From an uncultured Holophagales bacterium (lineage in GTDB: Bacteria; Acidobacteriota; Thermoanaerobaculia; Multivoradales; UBA5704), in NCBI GenBank assembly GCA_963842525.1, contig CAWJGT010000009.1, positions 256,001 to 320,000 on the forward strand: a stretch of 64,000 bases of DNA, in the 5' to 3' direction. Positions 1 to 9,651 of the stretch are shown one piece after another (position 1 is the stretch's first letter; each line of letters begins with the position of its first letter). Under the pieces are notes generated by a model, which saw only the letters and a list, made by a program, of their open reading frames with translations, did not search any database and was not told the DNA's origin. The position numbers and the translations under genes are program-made.

Positions 1-920
1 ATCTCCGGCGGGCGCGGCTGAATGCAACCGGCAAGTTCCTCGAGGAATTCGACTTCCGGCTGGAGCTCGACCTCGCCGGGAGCCTGTCCAACACCAGCGG
101 CCTGCGCGCCCAGCTCACCGACGGCTACATCACCTGGAACCGCCATCCGGCGGCCAGCGTCCGCGTGGGCCAGTTCAAGACCCCTTTTGGCTTCGAACAG
201 CTCTATAGCGATCCGCGCCTGTTGACGCTCGAACGCACCCTGGTCAACGACCGCCTGACGCTCAGCCGGCAGATCGGCGCCCAGATCGCAGGAGACCTGC
301 TGGAGAAGCGTTTCACCTACGCCGCGGGGCTGTTCAACGGCAACAGCGTCAACAACAACTTCAACGACAACGACAAGTTCGCCTCGTTCGCGCGGCTGGC
401 GGTCGTCCCCTGGCAGGGGAAGCTCTTCGGTCAGTCCACCAACTGGTCTGTCGGAGCGAACGGGTACTCCACCAGCGACACGGCCCTCGCCCTCTCGGCG
501 GATCTGGGCCTGGATTCGACTCCTGCCACGCCGGACCGGGACGGCGTCTTCTCGGGCGATCGCCGCGGCCTGGGCTTCGACACGCAGCTCGTGGCGGGCC
601 GTTTCGAGCTCTGGACCGAGTACCTGAATGTGCGCTTCGAGCCGATCAACCGCATCCCGAAGGCGAGCTTCGAGGCGGACGGCTGGTATGTCCAGGGCTC
701 GTACTTCCTGATCCCCCTGAAGCTGCAGCTCGTCGCCAAGCAGGAGACCTTCGACCCGCGGGACGACCTCGACCAGGACGAGACCGACACCAGCACCCTG
801 GGGCTCAACTACTACGTCAAAGGGCACGACCTGAAGCTGATGATCGATTATCAACGCGTCGACGTCGGCCCGCTCGAGAGCCAGGACAAGGTCCTTGCGC
901 GGCTGCAGGTGATCTTCTGA
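1..920 (+). CDS. Phosphate-selective porin O/P-like outer-membrane protein (5' partial)
   Basis: GQFKTPFGFEQL motif, beta-strand pattern, C-terminal Phe (RLQVIF); begins before the window; stop overlaps modA start. Confidence 0.75.
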   Translation, partial: LRRARLNATGKFLEEFDFRLELDLAGSLSNTSGLRAQLTDGYITWNRHPAASVRVGQFKTPFGFEQLYSDPRLLTLERTLVNDRLTLSRQIGAQIAGDLLEKRFTYAAGLFNGNSVNNNFNDNDKFASFARLAVVPWQGKLFGQSTNWSVGANGYSTSDTALALSADLGLDSTPATPDRDGVFSGDRRGLGFDTQLVAGRFELWTEYLNVRFEPINRIPKASFEADGWYVQGSYFLIPLKLQLVAKQETFDPRDDLDQDETDTSTLGLNYYVKGHDLKLMIDYQRVDVGPLESQDKVLARLQVIF

Positions 921-1687
921 TGAAAGCCAGATTCTTCCTTGCTTTGGGGATCGCGAGCCTGTTTCTCGCGAGCGCGGGTCGCGCGCAGGCCGCCGACCTG
1001 AACGTCTTCGCCGCGGCCAGCCTCACGGACGCGCTCCAGGAGATCGCAGCCGCCTACGAGAAGGCGAGCGGCGACCGGATCGCCCTCAACCTCGGCGCAT
1101 CGAGCACGCTCGCCCGCCAGATCCAGGAGGGGGCGCCGGCCGACCTCTTCCTCTCGGCGGACGAGGAGAAGATGGACGGCCTGGAAAAGCGCGGCCTGTT
1201 GCTTCCGGGGACGCGGAAGAGCGTCCTCTCGAACACCCTGGTCATCGTCGTCCCCGCGGAAGGCGGGCTGCCGATCGCCAAGCCTCAGGACCTCGCCGGC
1301 ACCCGCGTCCGCGCCATCGCTCTCGCCGAGCCGCAGTCAGTGCCGGCCGGCATCTATGCCAAGGAATACCTCCGCAAGCTGAAGCTCTGGAGCAAGGTCA
1401 TCGACCGGGTGATCCCTACGGAGAACGTGCGTGCGGCGCTCGCCGCCGTGGAGTCGGGCAACGTGGACGCCGCGATCGTCTACAAGACCGACGCCGGGAT
1501 CTCGAAGAAGGTCCGCGTCGCCTACGAGGTGGCCCTGGCCGAGGGGCCGAAGATCTCCTATCCGTTTGCGGTCCTGAAGGAGTCGGAGAATCCGGAGGCG
1601 GCGCGCCGGTTCCTCGCCTATCTGGGATCGAAGCCGGCCTTGGACGTTTTCCGTAAATTCGGCTTCCTGATCCTGGATGGCGGATAG
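920..1687 (+). CDS. modA: Molybdate ABC transporter substrate-binding protein
   Basis: Signal peptide, VFAAASLTDAL, GAPADLFLSA, VPAGIYA motifs. Confidence 0.95.
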   Translation: MKARFFLALGIASLFLASAGRAQAADLNVFAAASLTDALQEIAAAYEKASGDRIALNLGASSTLARQIQEGAPADLFLSADEEKMDGLEKRGLLLPGTRKSVLSNTLVIVVPAEGGLPIAKPQDLAGTRVRAIALAEPQSVPAGIYAKEYLRKLKLWSKVIDRVIPTENVRAALAAVESGNVDAAIVYKTDAGISKKVRVAYEVALAEGPKISYPFAVLKESENPEAARRFLAYLGSKPALDVFRKFGFLILDGG

Positions 1688-1699
1688 GCTACGGACCGC

Positions 1700-2371
1700 A
1701 TGAGCGGCGCGGAGTGGCAGATCGTCGGCTTCACGGTCGGCGTGGCGGCATTGGCGACGCTGCTCATCCTGCCGCCGGGGCTTGCCGTGGCCTGGCTGCT
1801 GGCGCGCCGCCGCTGGCGGGGTAAATCCCTGGTCGAGACTCTGGTCGCCCTGCCTCTGGTGATGCCTCCGGTGGCCACGGGCCTGATCCTGCTCAAGCTC
1901 CTGGGGCGCCGCGGACCGATCGGCGCCTTCCTCCATCGCCTGGACCTCGACGTGGTCTTCACCTGGCGAGGGGTGGTGGCGGCCATGGCGGTCATGTCCT
2001 TCCCGCTCCTCGTGCGCGGCGCGCGCGTGGCCTTCGAGGAGGTCAACCCGCGGCTCGAACAGATCGCCCGCACGCTTGGCGCGAGCGACGGCCGGGTCTT
2101 CTTCACGATCACTCTGCCGCTCGCCTTGCGCGGCATCCTGGGAGGCACCCTCCTCGCCTTCGCCCGGGCGCTGGGCGAGTTCGGCGCCACCATCCTGGTG
2201 GCCGGCAACATACCGGGGAAGACCTCGACATTGTCGCTCGCGATTTACAATTTCGTGCAGCTCGGCAAGGACGCGGACGCGTTCCGCCTGCTGGCGGTCT
2301 CGGTCGCCGTGGCGTTCGCGGCCGTCTGGGCGAGCGAGTGGTTCCTCCGGCGCGGGGCGGCGCGGCGATGA
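1700..2371 (+). CDS. modB: Molybdate ABC transporter permease
   Basis: LPLVMPPVATG, FARALGEFGAT, GNIPGKT motifs. Confidence 0.95.
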   Translation: MSGAEWQIVGFTVGVAALATLLILPPGLAVAWLLARRRWRGKSLVETLVALPLVMPPVATGLILLKLLGRRGPIGAFLHRLDLDVVFTWRGVVAAMAVMSFPLLVRGARVAFEEVNPRLEQIARTLGASDGRVFFTITLPLALRGILGGTLLAFARALGEFGATILVAGNIPGKTSTLSLAIYNFVQLGKDADAFRLLAVSVAVAFAAVWASEWFLRRGAARR

Positions 2372-3072
2372 GGCTCACTCTCCGAGAGATCCGGCTGCCG
2401 CTGGCGCCGTTCACCCTGGAGGTGGAGGCGACCCTCACGGCCGACGTCACGGCGCTCTTCGGGCCCTCCGGCTCGGGCAAGACCTCCCTGCTCGACCTGA
2501 TCGCGGGGCTGCGCCGCGCCGACTCGGCCTTCATCCAGCTCGGCGACCGCGTGCTGACCGACACCCGGCAGCGGATCGAGGTCCCCACACGGGAGCGGCG
2601 GATCGGCTATGTGCCGCAGGACGACGCTCTGTTCCCGCACCTGTCCGTGCGCGAGAACCTCCTCTACGGATTCCGGCCGGGCGATATCGAGCTCGAGCAC
2701 GTCGTAGATGTGCTGGAGATCGGCGCGCTCCTGAACCGCGGGATCAGCAATCTTTCCGGGGGCGAGAAGCAGCGGGTCGCCCTGGCCCGGGCGCTGCTTT
2801 CCGCACCGCAGCTCCTGCTCCTCGATGAGCCGTTGTCGGCGCTCGACCAGAAGCTCAAGGCGCGGATCCTCCCCTATCTACAGAAAGTCCGCGGCGTATT
2901 CGGCGTGCCCATGCTCTACGTCACCCACCACGCCGGCGAGGCCGTGGCCCTGTGCGACGAGGTCGTCGTCCTGGAGCGAGGGCGGGTCGTGGACCAGGGA
3001 CCGGCTGCGCAGCTCTTCCTCAACACCGGCCGGCCTTCGTACGAGCTGCGGACGCCTCCGGAGAGTGGGTAG
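2368..3072 (+). CDS. modC: Molybdate ABC transporter ATPase (no TOBE domain)
   Basis: Walker A GPSGSGKT, LSGGEKQRVALARAL, LLLDEP; ATGA overlap with modB. Confidence 0.9.
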   Translation: MRLTLREIRLPLAPFTLEVEATLTADVTALFGPSGSGKTSLLDLIAGLRRADSAFIQLGDRVLTDTRQRIEVPTRERRIGYVPQDDALFPHLSVRENLLYGFRPGDIELEHVVDVLEIGALLNRGISNLSGGEKQRVALARALLSAPQLLLLDEPLSALDQKLKARILPYLQKVRGVFGVPMLYVTHHAGEAVALCDEVVVLERGRVVDQGPAAQLFLNTGRPSYELRTPPESG

Positions 3073-3276
3073 TCTCCGGCTCTTGATACGGATGGAATCG
3101 AGATAGGATGCCGTCCGGCCCCCTTGTCGGCGCGCTTGCGCTATCCTCTTTGGGGAATGTCAGCAGTAAAGTTCCAGGGTTGAAATCTTGTTGAAGCCCG
3201 AGGTTATGCGCTCACGCCCACTTGGGCCTTCTTTGCCTGAATACTCGCTTCTCGCGTCGATCGTTTACGTAGGCCT

Positions 3277-3660
3277 TCAGCGGATCACGCGGATTTCGAT
3301 GTCCGCGTCGAGGGATTTCCAGGTCTTGTCTGTCGTAAGCACCGGAAGGCCGAGGGATTGACCGAGGGCAATACAGGCCCGATCGCCAAACGAAAGCCCC
3401 AGATGCCGCGTGGGGACTCGCAGCATTCCTGTGTCAAAGGCGGCGACCGTGTCGAAGGATAGGATTTCTAGCTTGACATTCCCGAGGGCTCGCCGGATGA
3501 GCTCGGCGGGCATACCTCTCTCGGCCAGTTTTGCGACCACCTCAGACAGATTGACGGCGCTCATTACGGCACCCGGGATCGCCTCTTCGACCATTTCTCC
3601 TCCGGGCTCTTCGTTGAGGAGCGCCAGCAAGGCTGATGCGTCGAGCACGGCTCTATTCAC
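3277..3660 (-). CDS. vapC: VapC/PIN-domain toxin
   Basis: VLDASALLA ... SAVNLSEV ... LSFGDRAC ... VLTTD PIN acidic motif. Confidence 0.9.
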   Translation of the reverse strand: MNRAVLDASALLALLNEEPGGEMVEEAIPGAVMSAVNLSEVVAKLAERGMPAELIRRALGNVKLEILSFDTVAAFDTGMLRVPTRHLGLSFGDRACIALGQSLGLPVLTTDKTWKSLDADIEIRVIR

Positions 3661-3901
3661 GCCGAGCCTCCCTCCGACGCTCCTTGATGAGCTCGTCGGA
3701 GATCCTGACCCCTTCGGGGATGTAGGACCGGACGAGCTCCTGGGCTCGCCGGATGCCTTCCCGGACGGTTGAGATCCGTAAGCTGCCCTCTTCGAGCTCC
3801 AGGACCAACTCGTCCCCGGTGTCTACGCCAAGAGCCTTCCGATACTCCGCGGGAATAACCAACCTGCCACCTTCGCCTAATTTTGTCATTGTGCGGTCCA
3901 T
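3653..3901 (-). CDS. AbrB/MazE/SpoVT-family antitoxin
   Basis: GRLVIPAEYRKALGVDTGDELVLE; overlaps vapC start; ATG at 3901. Confidence 0.88.
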   Translation of the reverse strand: MDRTMTKLGEGGRLVIPAEYRKALGVDTGDELVLELEEGSLRISTVREGIRRAQELVRSYIPEGVRISDELIKERRREARRE

Positions 3902-3948
3902 ATGCCACCTCGGCGGCAGTCTACCATTGCTGGGCAGCTCAGGCCCTC

Positions 3949-5229
3949 TTATTTCCCCTCTGGGGATGAAGGGCCCTCTACCGGCCTCTCCGTGAGCAGC
4001 TCCGCCACCGTGACCTCGCCGAGTCGTTCCGCCCGGCAGGCGGCAAGCTCGCCGATCAGGGACTCCAGGCGCTCGGTCAGCTCTCCTCCGACCAGCTCGA
4101 CGCCGCGGCGGGCGCGGTGGTCGTAGGCCAGGAGGATATTTTCGACGGACAGGCTGTGTGGGTCGGCCCCCAGGAGATAGCCCTGGCCTCCGACCGCGCG
4201 CAGCAGGCCGTGGCTGAGGAGAGGGTGGAGGATGCGCTCGAGGTCCCTGAGAGGGAGGGTCAGGCGGTCGGCCAGCAGGTCGCGCGACATCACCGGCTCG
4301 CCGCGGGCGAAGCGGCGGGCGATCAGGACCAGCGCGGCCAGGCCGACCCAGGCCGCCTGCACCGGCGGGTTGCGGTGCATTCCGCGGGAGAGGACTCGGT
4401 AGTGTTGCGCGGTGTAGGACGCCACCGCTCCCAGGAGGACGATCATCCAGGTCACATCGATCGAGATCATGAAGAGCAGGGCGAAGGCGAAGCTTCCATA
4501 GACGATGTTGACTCCCTGGAAGACCTCGACGTAGCGGCCGAAGCCCTGCCGCAGCAGCTCCAGGAGGATCGCCGCCAGCAGGCCGCCGGCCAGGGCGTTG
4601 CGGAGCTGGACCGTGGTGTAGGGCACGAGCCAATAGAGGATCGTCAGTCCCACCAGAGTGGCGAGAAATGGAAGGATGCCGAGGAAGATCGACTCCCGGA
4701 AGAGGACCCGCAGCCCGGGGCTCTGGCGCAGCAGGATCAGGCTGGTGAAGGTGGCGCCGACGACCAGGGGGCCCCAGAAGAGGAGGAGCAGGAAGGAGAA
4801 GAACCGCACCGGGATCGGCCGGCGGCGCGACACGTTCCAGATCCGGTTGAAGGCCTCCTCGACCGTGGCGAAGAGGAACAGGGACGAGGCGAAGAAGGCG
4901 AGGACGCCGATGCCGTGGAGGGTCTCGGCCTGGTCCAGGAACTCGGAGATCTTGTCGACCACCGTCTTGTCCGAATAGGGGAGGATCTGGACGAAGACTT
5001 CCAGGCTCCGCTGCGGGTACTGGCTGAAGACCCGAGCGCCGATGAAGGAAAATGCGGTGAGCAGCGGGATGAGCGACAGGATGGTGACGAACGCCAGGGC
5101 CGACGCGGTCAGCAACACCGAGTCTTCGTTGGCCTGCCGCAGGGTGACCAGGAAGTAACGGCCGATCTTCGCGGGCAGGCTCGCCGCCAGGCGCGACCGG
5201 AGGCCGGCGGCCGCGGCGGGCAGGCTCAC
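3949..5229 (-). CDS. YihY/BrkB-family membrane protein with C-terminal Rrf2-like wHTH
   Basis: ASALAFVTILSLIP, AFNRIW, VYGSFA; GTG start overlaps upstream stop. Confidence 0.85.
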   Translation of the reverse strand: MSLPAAAAGLRSRLAASLPAKIGRYFLVTLRQANEDSVLLTASALAFVTILSLIPLLTAFSFIGARVFSQYPQRSLEVFVQILPYSDKTVVDKISEFLDQAETLHGIGVLAFFASSLFLFATVEEAFNRIWNVSRRRPIPVRFFSFLLLLFWGPLVVGATFTSLILLRQSPGLRVLFRESIFLGILPFLATLVGLTILYWLVPYTTVQLRNALAGGLLAAILLELLRQGFGRYVEVFQGVNIVYGSFAFALLFMISIDVTWMIVLLGAVASYTAQHYRVLSRGMHRNPPVQAAWVGLAALVLIARRFARGEPVMSRDLLADRLTLPLRDLERILHPLLSHGLLRAVGGQGYLLGADPHSLSVENILLAYDHRARRGVELVGGELTERLESLIGELAACRAERLGEVTVAELLTERPVEGPSSPEGK

Positions 5230-6620
5230 CACGGCACGGTCTCTCCTGTGAGCGGGAGCTGCGGCCGCGGCCAGCCCAGGCCGGCGATCGCGACGGCGAG
5301 GGCCTTGCGCGGCGGGTCTTCCCCGTGGTTCAGGAAGATCCGCTGCGGCACGCCCGGCAGCGCCTGACACCAGCGCAGCAACTCGTCGCGGTCGGCGTGG
5401 GCCGACATGCTGTGGAGCTGGTGGATGTGGGCGCGGACGGGGACCTCCCGGCCGTGGATGGCGACCGTCTCCGCCCCTTCGGTCAGCGCCCGGCCGCGGG
5501 TCCCCGCCGCCTGGTAGCCGACGAGCACGACCGACGACCGTGCGTCTCCGAGGCGGTGCATCAGGTGGTGCACCACCCGGCCGCCGGTCGCCATGCCGCT
5601 CGAAGCCACGATGACGGCCGGCCGGCCCCGGGTGTTCAGGCTCTTGGACTGGTCCACGGTCCGGCAGCGCTGGAACCGAGTGGGCGCCAGCGGGTCGGCC
5701 GGCGTGCCGCCGAGCGCCGCCAGGTCTTCGTCGTGCTCGGCCTCGGTACGGTCGTAGATGTCGGTCGCATCGATCGCCATCGGGCTGTCCAGGAACACGT
5801 CCTGGGGATCGAGCCGGCCCTTCCCGGCGAGGTCCGAGAGGTGGTAGAGGATCTCCTGCGTGCGGCCCAGGGCGAAGGCCGGGATGATTACCATGCCGCC
5901 GCGGTCGAAGGTCTCGTCGATGATCTTGCCCAGCGCCTCGGCCGGATCCTCCTGCACGTGGTTGCGGTCGCCGTAGGTCGATTCGAGGAGCAGGGCGGCC
6001 GGCGCGTCGAGCGGCGGCTCCGGGTCCTTGAGGATGGGGACGCCGTAGCGCCCCACGTCTCCCGAGAAGCACCAGCTCCGGCGCTCGCCGTCGGTCCCCT
6101 TGGCGGAGACCTCCAGGCTCGCCGCTCCCAGGAGGTGGCCGGCGCGGCGGAAGCGGAAGCGTACGCCCGGGAACAGCTCATGGTCCTGGTCGAACGGCAC
6201 CGGCTCGAGGAGCTTGAGGACGCGCCGCACGTCCTCGGTCGTGTAGAGGGGGCGGGGGTGGGGGTGGCGGCTCCAGCCCTTGCGCAGGGCGGAGCGGTGC
6301 TCTTCCTCCTGCAGCTTGCCGGCGTCCTGGAGGACGAGCGAGACCAGTCCCCGGCTGGCCTTGGTGCACCAGATGGGGCCGGAGAACCCTTCGGCGGCCA
6401 GGCGGGGGAGAAGGCCGGAGTGGTCGAGGTGCGCGTGGGTGAGGAGGACGGCTTTCAGGCCGGCCGGCGGGAACGGGAAGGGGTTCCAGTTGCGCTGCTC
6501 CAGCTCTTCGGTCCCCTGATAGAGTCCACAGTCGACGAGCGCGGTGTTGTCGCCCCAGGCGAGGTGCGTTGCGCTGCCGGTCACGTACCCGCAGGCGCCG
6601 AGGAAAGTGACGTTCGCCAT
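5226..6620 (-). CDS. MBL-fold beta-CASP ribonuclease-like hydrolase
   Basis: THAHLDHSG, AGHLLG, FSGDVG, ESTYG, SAHAD motifs. Confidence 0.92.
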   Translation of the reverse strand: MANVTFLGACGYVTGSATHLAWGDNTALVDCGLYQGTEELEQRNWNPFPFPPAGLKAVLLTHAHLDHSGLLPRLAAEGFSGPIWCTKASRGLVSLVLQDAGKLQEEEHRSALRKGWSRHPHPRPLYTTEDVRRVLKLLEPVPFDQDHELFPGVRFRFRRAGHLLGAASLEVSAKGTDGERRSWCFSGDVGRYGVPILKDPEPPLDAPAALLLESTYGDRNHVQEDPAEALGKIIDETFDRGGMVIIPAFALGRTQEILYHLSDLAGKGRLDPQDVFLDSPMAIDATDIYDRTEAEHDEDLAALGGTPADPLAPTRFQRCRTVDQSKSLNTRGRPAVIVASSGMATGGRVVHHLMHRLGDARSSVVLVGYQAAGTRGRALTEGAETVAIHGREVPVRAHIHQLHSMSAHADRDELLRWCQALPGVPQRIFLNHGEDPPRKALAVAIAGLGWPRPQLPLTGETVPW

Positions 6621-6661
6621 GTTTGAGAGCCCTCCTCTTCGGGGTTCAAGGTTATCCTCTG

Positions 6662-6676
6662 GGGCATGATTCCTGC
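6662..6676 (+). promoter_or_regulatory. Putative sigma54 (-24/-12) promoter for the ElaB-like gene
   Basis: GGGCAT-GATTC-CTGC; GG-N10-GC spacing. Confidence 0.5.
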
Positions 6677-6736
6677 TACACCAGGGTGGGAGCCCAACTG
6701 AGGGCTCCTGACCCGTTCACAGATACGGAGGCAGCA

Positions 6737-7213
6737 ATGGCCGAAAACGATCATCCGGGAACGACCGGGAGTGCCGAAACGGCGCGCGACGGCGGCGCCG
6801 ACGGCGAAGATAGTGGTGTGGTGACGGCGCGCGAGCGGTTCCAGCGGCTGAGCCAGGATGTCCAGGGCCGCTACGAGAAGGTCTCGGACGACGTGCGGCG
6901 GGGCGCCGAGCGCGCCTCCAGCGAGATCCGGCGCGGTGCCGAGGCAGCCCGCGAAGGCTACGACCGAGTCCGCGAAGGGGCTCGCGAAGGCTACGACAAG
7001 GTCCGCGAAGGGGCTCGCGAAGGTTACGACAAGGTCCGCGAAGGGGCTCGTGAAGGCTATGACAAGGTGCGGGAGCACGCCGGTGACTGGTCCCGCGACC
7101 TCAGCTACTACGTGCGGGACAACCCCGGCAAGGCGGTGCTGATCGCGGCCGGGGTCGGCTTCCTCTTCGGCCTGCTCGTGCGGCGGGGCCGGGACGAGGA
7201 AGACGAGGGGTAG
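6737..7213 (+). CDS. ElaB/YqjD/DUF883-like tail-anchored stress protein with 11-aa repeats
   Basis: C-terminal YVRDNPGKAVLIAAGVGFLFGLLVRR; (REGYDKVREGA) repeats from a 33-bp tandem unit. Confidence 0.8.
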   Translation: MAENDHPGTTGSAETARDGGADGEDSGVVTARERFQRLSQDVQGRYEKVSDDVRRGAERASSEIRRGAEAAREGYDRVREGAREGYDKVREGAREGYDKVREGAREGYDKVREHAGDWSRDLSYYVRDNPGKAVLIAAGVGFLFGLLVRRGRDEEDEG

Positions 7214-7249
7214 GGCCCCACCCGAATCGAGGCGGGTTGTCCGGGGATG

Positions 7250-7287
7250 CCCCTCTCCCGATGACGGGAGAGGGGACAGGGGTGAGG
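7250..7287 (-). repeat. REP-like palindrome, family A (CCTCACCCC...CCCTCTCCC...GGGAGAGGGG)
   Basis: cccctctcccg-atga-cgggagagggg...ggggtgagg; same motif at several other loci. Confidence 0.75.
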
Positions 7288-7329
7288 GTTTCCCGGGTGG
7301 CGCAGGGACGAATACCAGAGGAGACGACC

Positions 7330-7575
7330 ATGGAAGATTTCGTCAACGAGGAGACGCAGCACGGGGGTGGTCTCGAGGGGATGCTGGACGAGATCCTGCC
7401 GGAAGGTCTGGACTGGGAGCGGCTCGTGCGGTCGTATCCACTGCCGGCCCTGGCGCTCGCGGCGGCCGGCGGCTTCTGGCTCGGGCTCCGCCATGGACCG
7501 GCCGTCGTGGCCGCGGTCTCCAGCTACGCGACAGCCCAGGTCTCGAAGAACGTCGGCGATCTCTTCGGGCAGTAG
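7330..7575 (+). CDS. Small membrane-anchored hypothetical protein
   Basis: RBS gaggag; LVRSYPLPALALAAAGGFWLG resembles a DUF883-type anchor. Confidence 0.65.
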   Translation: MEDFVNEETQHGGGLEGMLDEILPEGLDWERLVRSYPLPALALAAAGGFWLGLRHGPAVVAAVSSYATAQVSKNVGDLFGQ

Positions 7576-7610
7576 ATCCGGAGTAGATCCGGTTAGCCCC
7601 GATCCGGCGC

Positions 7611-8492
7611 GTGCGCACGATCTTGCACATCTCCGACGTCCACTTCGGACCCCCGCACCTGCCGCGGGTGTCCGAAGGCGTCCTGGAATTCATCGAGCTC
7701 CATCGGCCCGATATGGTCGTCCTCTCGGGCGACCTGACGCAGCGCGCCCGCCCCGAGCAGTTCCAGCAGGCGCGCGCGTTCATCGACCGGATCGAGGCGA
7801 CGGGGACCCCGACCGTGACGGTGCCGGGGAACCACGACGTGCCGCTCTACCGCGTCTGGGAGCGAGTCTTCAACCCGTACGGCTGCTACCGCCAGCATTT
7901 CAGCCCGGAGCTGGAGCCGGTCTGGCGCGACGACGAGATGCTGGTTGTCGGCGTCAACACCGCCTACGGCTGGACGCTCAAGGACGGTCGCATCAAGATC
8001 CGCCGGCTGCTCGAGCTGGCCGAGCTCTTCGAGCAGACCCCCGAGTCGGCCTTCAAGGTCGTGATCGCCCACCACCACCTGATCCCGCCGCCGAACTTCG
8101 GCAGCCAGGCGGTGGCCCTCAACGCCTACGAGGCGATCGACGTCTTCTCGCGCGCCGGCGTCGACCTGATCCTCTCCGGCCACCAGCACCAGACCTACAT
8201 CGGCAACTCCGAGGAGTTCTACCCCAAGGGCCGCCCGCCGGTCGTCATTCTGCATGCGGGCACCACCACCTCGAACCGCGGGCGGGGCGGCGAGCGGGAG
8301 GCGAACAGTTGCAACTGGATCCGGGTCGACCGGGATTCGATGATCGTCTCGCACTACCGCTGGCACCGCTCGCTCGACCGTTTCGCCGAGCACAGCCGCC
8401 ACTGGTACCCCCGCCAGGAGCGGGTCCCCTACACCCTCGAAGGGCTGAAGCTGGAAGACCCCGCGCCGGTGCCCGAGCCGCATACCCCGTGA
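7611..8492 (+). CDS. Calcineurin-like metallophosphoesterase (CpdA-like)
   Basis: HISDVHFG, SGDLT, PGNHD, LSGHQH. Confidence 0.92.
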   Translation: MRTILHISDVHFGPPHLPRVSEGVLEFIELHRPDMVVLSGDLTQRARPEQFQQARAFIDRIEATGTPTVTVPGNHDVPLYRVWERVFNPYGCYRQHFSPELEPVWRDDEMLVVGVNTAYGWTLKDGRIKIRRLLELAELFEQTPESAFKVVIAHHHLIPPPNFGSQAVALNAYEAIDVFSRAGVDLILSGHQHQTYIGNSEEFYPKGRPPVVILHAGTTTSNRGRGGEREANSCNWIRVDRDSMIVSHYRWHRSLDRFAEHSRHWYPRQERVPYTLEGLKLEDPAPVPEPHTP

Positions 8493-8684
8493 GGAGGGAG
8501 CATCCCGCCCTTGCCGCCTCAGGCAAGCGCATCTATACTTCCTGCTTTGCAATCTAACCTAACCTATAATCAACTCTGTCCCGGCGCCCTTCTCGGCTGC
8601 CTTATTACCTGTCTCCCGAAGCCAACCGGGCCCAGATGGTCGAAATGCAACGGTTCTACGTGACTCGTATTGATTAATACAATC

Positions 8685-8992
8685 CTAGCTTGGATTTCCA
8701 CGGGAAGTCATTGACCTAACAGAACCCCGTCCCGAGAGGCCGTGCCTTTAAGGGGAAGCCGCAGGCTCCGCTGGTTAGGTCGTCGGGTGCTCTGATACAC
8801 CAACATGCGCGGTCCTATCCGGGACGTTTTGGCCCCAAAACGCCCCAATAACTCCAGAAGAAGGACCGCGCATGAACGCCTATCAGAGCATCAGTCTGGA
8901 TAACGTACGTCGGTCTCGCGCTGCCTCCTCGCTCCATGGAGTTCCAACTGGTAGCGTTAGGCCAATTTCTAGCCCGTGGAAATCCAGGCTAG
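8685..8992. ncRNA. Candidate structured non-coding element (nested inverted repeats)
   Basis: 8685-8704/8973-8992 (19/20), 8710-8720/8956-8966 (10/11), 8788-8797/8881-8890 (10/10), 8804-8816/8862-8874 (13/13), inner hairpin 8821-8846; family not recognised. Confidence 0.45.
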
Positions 8993-9310
8993 TCTACTTC
9001 AGCCTCGACGTCAACGCGGGGTGCGCATGTCATATGCACGCTAGCTGGACAGGGTTTGCGCTGGGCTCCTTAGTCGCCCCGAGGCGGGATGCAGGGTGTG
9101 TGGCAGGTCGGGGCTTGGTGATCCCAGCTATGCGAACTGCTTCTCGGAGGCGCAGCCCAGCATCTTTTCCCGGTCAGCCCCCAGCCGGGGCGATGGAAGC
9201 GTGGGGAAGAAATCTCGAAGGGCTCGAAGAGAGGATTTGGAGGGCTTCGGAATTCTGGAGGGCTTCAGGCGGGTTTCTCCAGTCCTCTGACGTTGCGGTG
9301 GCCCGCAGAG

Positions 9311-9450
9311 CCCTCACCCCCTAGCCCTCTCTCGTGCGTCCCGCACCCGCCACCATGAACGGGAGAGGGGTAAACCAGCAGAAACGGGGTGGAAGCGCCC
9401 CTCTCCCGCTCGGGGTAGGAGGTGGTAGTCACGCGGGAGGGGAGGGGGTT
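9311..9450. repeat. REP-like family A inverted doublet
   Basis: ccctcacccc...gggagagggg followed by an inverted, diverged copy. Confidence 0.7.
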
Positions 9451-9480
9451 GACGTTCCCGGCAGCTTTCCACCTCCCGGG

Positions 9481-9501
9481 CGGGGTCAAGCCCCGCCCTA
9501 C
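9481..9501 (-). repeat. GTAG-type REP
   Basis: Reverse strand reads GTAGGGCGGGGCTTGACCCCG. Confidence 0.6.
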
Positions 9502-9651
9502 TTCGAAATCCGTCACACAAAGTTAGCGCGTACGGGGTGGAGGGGGTGAGAGACCTCGGCAGACACCTCGCGGACGCTTTTGAGACCGCCTCTGGGAAAG
9601 GGGGAAATTCCGGCCTTGCACCGGCACACGAGTCCGAGGTACGATTTCAAC

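Noticed and set aside
9019-9046. dif site (GGTGCGCAT...)
   Set aside because: Only the XerC-like half resembles E. coli dif; no TTATGTTAAAT XerD arm
8872-9324. 150-aa ORF
   Set aside because: No motifs, atypical composition, overlaps the inverted-repeat structure
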